NCBI RefSeq assembly: GCF_040938485.1
Contig: NW_027272869.1
Location: 124,001-188,000, forward strand
Reading direction: 5' to 3'
Origin: Diadema antillarum
Lineage: Eukaryota
DNA: 64,000 nucleotides
The notes under the pieces were generated by a model, which was not told the DNA's origin, made no database searches, and was given only the letters and a program-made list of their open reading frames with translations. This document shows, piece by piece, positions 60,653-64,000 of this stretch; position 1 is the stretch's first letter, and every line of letters begins with the position of its first letter. Position numbers and translations under genes: made by a program.

Positions 60653-62693
60653 CAGTGGCGGATCCAGGGGGCGCACCGGGTGCCCCCTCCCTCCAATGCG
60701 ACAAAAAATATAGCTACAAACGACAGTTTTTGGACGGTAAAATGTCAAAATTTTCAAGCTCGCTCGCTTCGCTCGCTCGCATTTAACCGTTATAATATGC
60801 CATTCTCCTGATGTTACTGCCAGTAATTACCAGCAGTTGCGCCCGGTGCGCCCCCCCCCCCCCCCCGAATTTCCAAAGCGAAAAAATAAAGCTACAAACG
60901 GCAGTTTGGGGACTGTAAAATGTCAAAATTTTCAAGCTCGCTCGCTTCGCTCGCTCGCATTTAATCGTTATGCAATTCTCCTGATGTTGCTGGCAGTAAT
61001 TGCCAGCAGTTGCGCCCGGTGCGCCCCCTCCCCTTAATTTCTAAAGCGAAAAAATATAGCTCAAACGGCAGTTTTGGGACTGTAAAATGTCAAAATTTTC
61101 AAGCTCGCTCGCTTCGCTCGCTCGCATTTAATCGTTATGCAATTCTCCTGATGTTGCTGTCAGTAATTGCCAGCAGTTGCGCCTGGTGCGCCCCCTCCCC
61201 TTAATTTCTAAAGCGAAAAAATATAGCTACAAACGGCAGTTTTGGGACTGTAAAATGTCAAAAATTTCAAGCTCGCTCGCTTCGCTCGCTCGCATTTAAC
61301 CGTTATATGCCATTCTCCTGATGTTACTGCAAGTAATTGCCAGCAGTTGCGCCCGGTGCGCCCCCCCCCCCCCGAATTTCCAAAGCGAAAAAATATAGCT
61401 ACAAACGGCAGTTTGGGGACTGTAAAATGTCAAAATTTTCAAGCTCGCTCGCTTCGCTCGCTCGCATTTAATCGTTATGCAATTCTCCTGATGTTGCTGT
61501 CAGTAATTGCCAGCAGTTGCGCCCGGTGCGCCCCCTCCCCTTAATTTCTAAAGCGAAAAAATATAGCTACAAACGGCAGTTTTGGGACTGTAAAATGTCA
61601 CAATTTTCAAGCTCGCTCGCTTCGCTCGCTCGCATAATCGTTATGCAATTCTCCTGATGTTGCTGTCAGTAATTGCCAGCAGTTGCGCCCGGTGCGCCCC
61701 CTCCCCTTAATTTCTAAAGCGAAAAAATATAGCTACAAACGGCAGTTTTGGGACTGTAAAATGTCAAAATTTTCAAGCTCGCTCGCTTCGCTCGCTCGCA
61801 TAAATGTTGCTGTCAGTAATTGCCAGCAGTTGCGCCCGGTGCGCCCCCTCCCCTTAATTTCTAAAGCGAAAAAATATAGCTACAAACGGCAGTTTTGGGA
61901 CTGTAAAATGTCAAAATTTTCAAGCTCGCTAGCTTCGCTCGCTCGCATTTAACCGTTATATGCCATTCTCCTGATGTTACTGCAAGTAATTGCCAGCAGT
62001 TGCGCCCGGTGCGCCCCCCCCCCCCCCGAATTTCCAAAGCGAAAAAATATAGCTACAAACGGCAGTTTTGGGACTGTAAAATGTCAAAATTTTCAAGCTC
62101 GCTCGCATTTAATCGTTATGCAATTCTCCTGATGTTGCTGTCAGTAATTGCCAGCAGTTGCGCCCGGTGCGCCCCCTCCCCTTAATTTCTAAAGTGAAAA
62201 AATATAGCTACAAACGGCAGTTTTGGGACTGTAAAATGTCAAAATTTTCAAGCTCGCTCGCATCGCTCGCTCGCATTTTATCGTTATGCAATTCTCCTGA
62301 TGTTGCTGTCAGTAATTGCCAGCAGTTGCGCCCGGTGCGCCCCCTCCCCTTAATTTCTAAGGCGAAAAAATATAGCTGCAAACGGCAGTTTTGGGACTGT
62401 AAAATGTCACAATTTTCAAGCTCGCTCGCTTCGCTCGCTCGCATTTAATCGTTATGCAATTCTCCTGATGTTGCTGCCAGTAATTACCAGCAGTTGCGCC
62501 CGGTGCGCCCCCTCCCCTTAATTTCTAAAGCGAAAAAATATAGCTGCCAACGGCAGTTTGGGGACTTAAAATGTCAAAAATTTCAAGCTCGCTCGCTTCG
62601 CTCGCTCGCATTTAATCGTTATGTCATTCTCCTGATGTTACTGCCAACAACTGCCAGCAGTTGCACCCGGTGCAACCCCCTTAATTTCCAAAG

Positions 62694-62732
<39 letters not shown>

Positions 62733-62910
62733 CATATATTATCATATATAGCTACAAACGGCAGTTTGGGGACTGAAAAATGTCAAAATTTTCAAGCTCG
62801 CTCGCTCCGCTCGCTCGCATTTTATTGTACAGTTATGCAATTCTGATGTTGCTTCCATGAGGTGCGCCCCCCCCCCCCCCCCCAATGTCTTGACCCACGG
62901 TACGCCACTG
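60653..62910. mobile_element. hAT-like MITE shell (CAGTGGCG...CGCCACTG) carrying the 168-bp tandem array
   Basis: Left end CAGTGGCGGATCCAGGGGG, right end CCCACGGTACGCCACTG; no matching TSD found, so it may be a chimera of two related families. Confidence 0.5.
60700..62860. repeat. Tandem array, about 13 copies of a ~168-bp unit
   Basis: Anchor AAGCTCGCT at 60756, 60934, 61101, 61269, 61441, 61609, 61775, 61922, 62095, 62250, 62418, 62585, 62794; one unit has a ~20-bp deletion and the last carries a (TA)n insert. Confidence 0.95.
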
Positions 62911-63084
62911 AACACCCCCCTCTAAAAAATCCTGGGTACGCCTATGGCCATTCAAAGGATTTAATCCTGGCGTATTTACTACTCTCTGCAAAGACTTCAA
63001 CTTTTTACTTGTTCAACACCTTCCTTCATACAACTTCAACTTATGATCTCGTGTAACATGATCATTGATGACAAAGAGAACAGC

Positions 63085-63890
63085 TGGATCAAAGTCTTCC
63101 ATACCATGCAAAATTTGAACACTTGAATCATATCTGAACGTTCACGTCGATACTCTATAGAGTAGTATAGGGATGGAATCCCCAAATGCTTGAGTCTCTC
63201 AGGATATGACAACAATTAACCTCTGATACCGACTTTGTTGCTCTCCTCTGAACTGATTCAAGTTTCTTTGCATCACTCTTTGAAAGTTCATTCCACACAC
63301 AAGAGCAATATTCCAAGAGTGGTCTAACAAGGGCCATACAGTAGGACAAACACTTGATAGTCAGATGATTAAAAGTCCTTTGATCAGACCAAGCACTTTA
63401 TTCGCCTTTGCAGCTATATACTTTGTGTACATGAAGACTAAAATAAAGGTCAGGAGAAAAGTACACCCCGAGATCCTTTTCCTCTTTGACTGTCTCAATA
63501 ACTTCAACATTATCGTAGTTATCATTGAATGTATCTGATATTGACACCGAGGATTTCTACGACCAAGGTGCATAACATGACATTTTTCGTGATTGAATTT
63601 GAGCTGCCATATCCGGGACCAGACCTCAAGTTTGTGGATGGTATCCTGCAGTAACTGTGTATCATCGGGGTCACTAATTGACTGCCAGAATTTGGCATCA
63701 TCTGCAAATAATCTCATATTGCAGTCGACATCTTCAGAAATATCATTCATAAAAATTAGGAATAGTACCGGGCCTAGAACACTTCCCTGTGGAACACCAC
63801 TACGGACTGCCCTCCATGAAGAAGCCTCACCACGGACAATGACCCTTTGCATCCTATCGCAGAGAAAACCATTTAAAAAGTAAAACATAA
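63085..63890 (-). mobile_element. 5'-truncated CR1-clade LINE fragment (RT C-terminal half and ORF2 tail), frameshifted
   Basis: RMQRVIVRGEASSWRAVRSGVPQGSVLGPVLFLIFMNDI...RLFADDAK...WQLKFNHEKCHVMHLG; further 3' ALVRPLLEYCSCVW...KLESVQRRATK in another frame. Confidence 0.88.
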
Positions 63891-64000
63891 AATTTTGAGA
63901 ATATGTGCCCCCGACTGAACAATGTGTTCACACTGATCACAGCCTTGGTTTGGATGCAGTACCGGTATCAATGTTGAAGAAAATTAGGCCCTATCTGAAA

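Larger units (their letters stand above)
57631..62946. mobile_element. Large non-autonomous hAT-like element (5.3 kb) hosting nested insertions
   Basis: 8-bp TSD GCCATTCA at 57623-57630 and 62947-62954; imperfect TIRs CAAGGGCGTACCGAGG vs CATAGGCGTACCCAGG (reverse complement of right end); no transposase ORF. Confidence 0.75.

Noticed and set aside
60837-62751. Repeated MRPVRP... ORFs
   Set aside because: Translations of the 168-bp tandem unit; the frame shifts between units at poly-C tracts.

Overview
Eukaryotic, AT-rich, intron-containing genomic DNA. The repeat families and gene structure suggest an invertebrate deuterostome, possibly an echinoderm (inference). The window holds a minus-strand tandem array of four SLC27/FATP (very-long-chain acyl-CoA synthetase, SLC27A2-like) genes. 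Three are complete 9-exon genes that I reconstructed by hand: A 39066-56613, B 24245-32891 and C 6634-18567. Each has a 1890-nt CDS (629 aa) with GT-AG introns and ends in the peroxisomal signal SKL. A fourth copy, D, has exons 1-2 at 945-3611 and runs off the left edge. B, C and D share a 12-nt DR1/HNF4-like motif upstream, show patchy near-identity suggesting gene conversion, and have a hypervariable N-terminal patch. Gene A carries a young, intact Mag-like Ty3/Gypsy element with 102-bp LTRs in intron 2. Upstream of A is a 5.3-kb nested stack of hAT-like and Kolobok-like elements containing a ~168-bp tandem array. MITEs, Helentron-type elements, a SINE, LINE fragments and mini/microsatellites fill the introns and spacers. 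All alignments and percentages were counted by eye; no database search was run.
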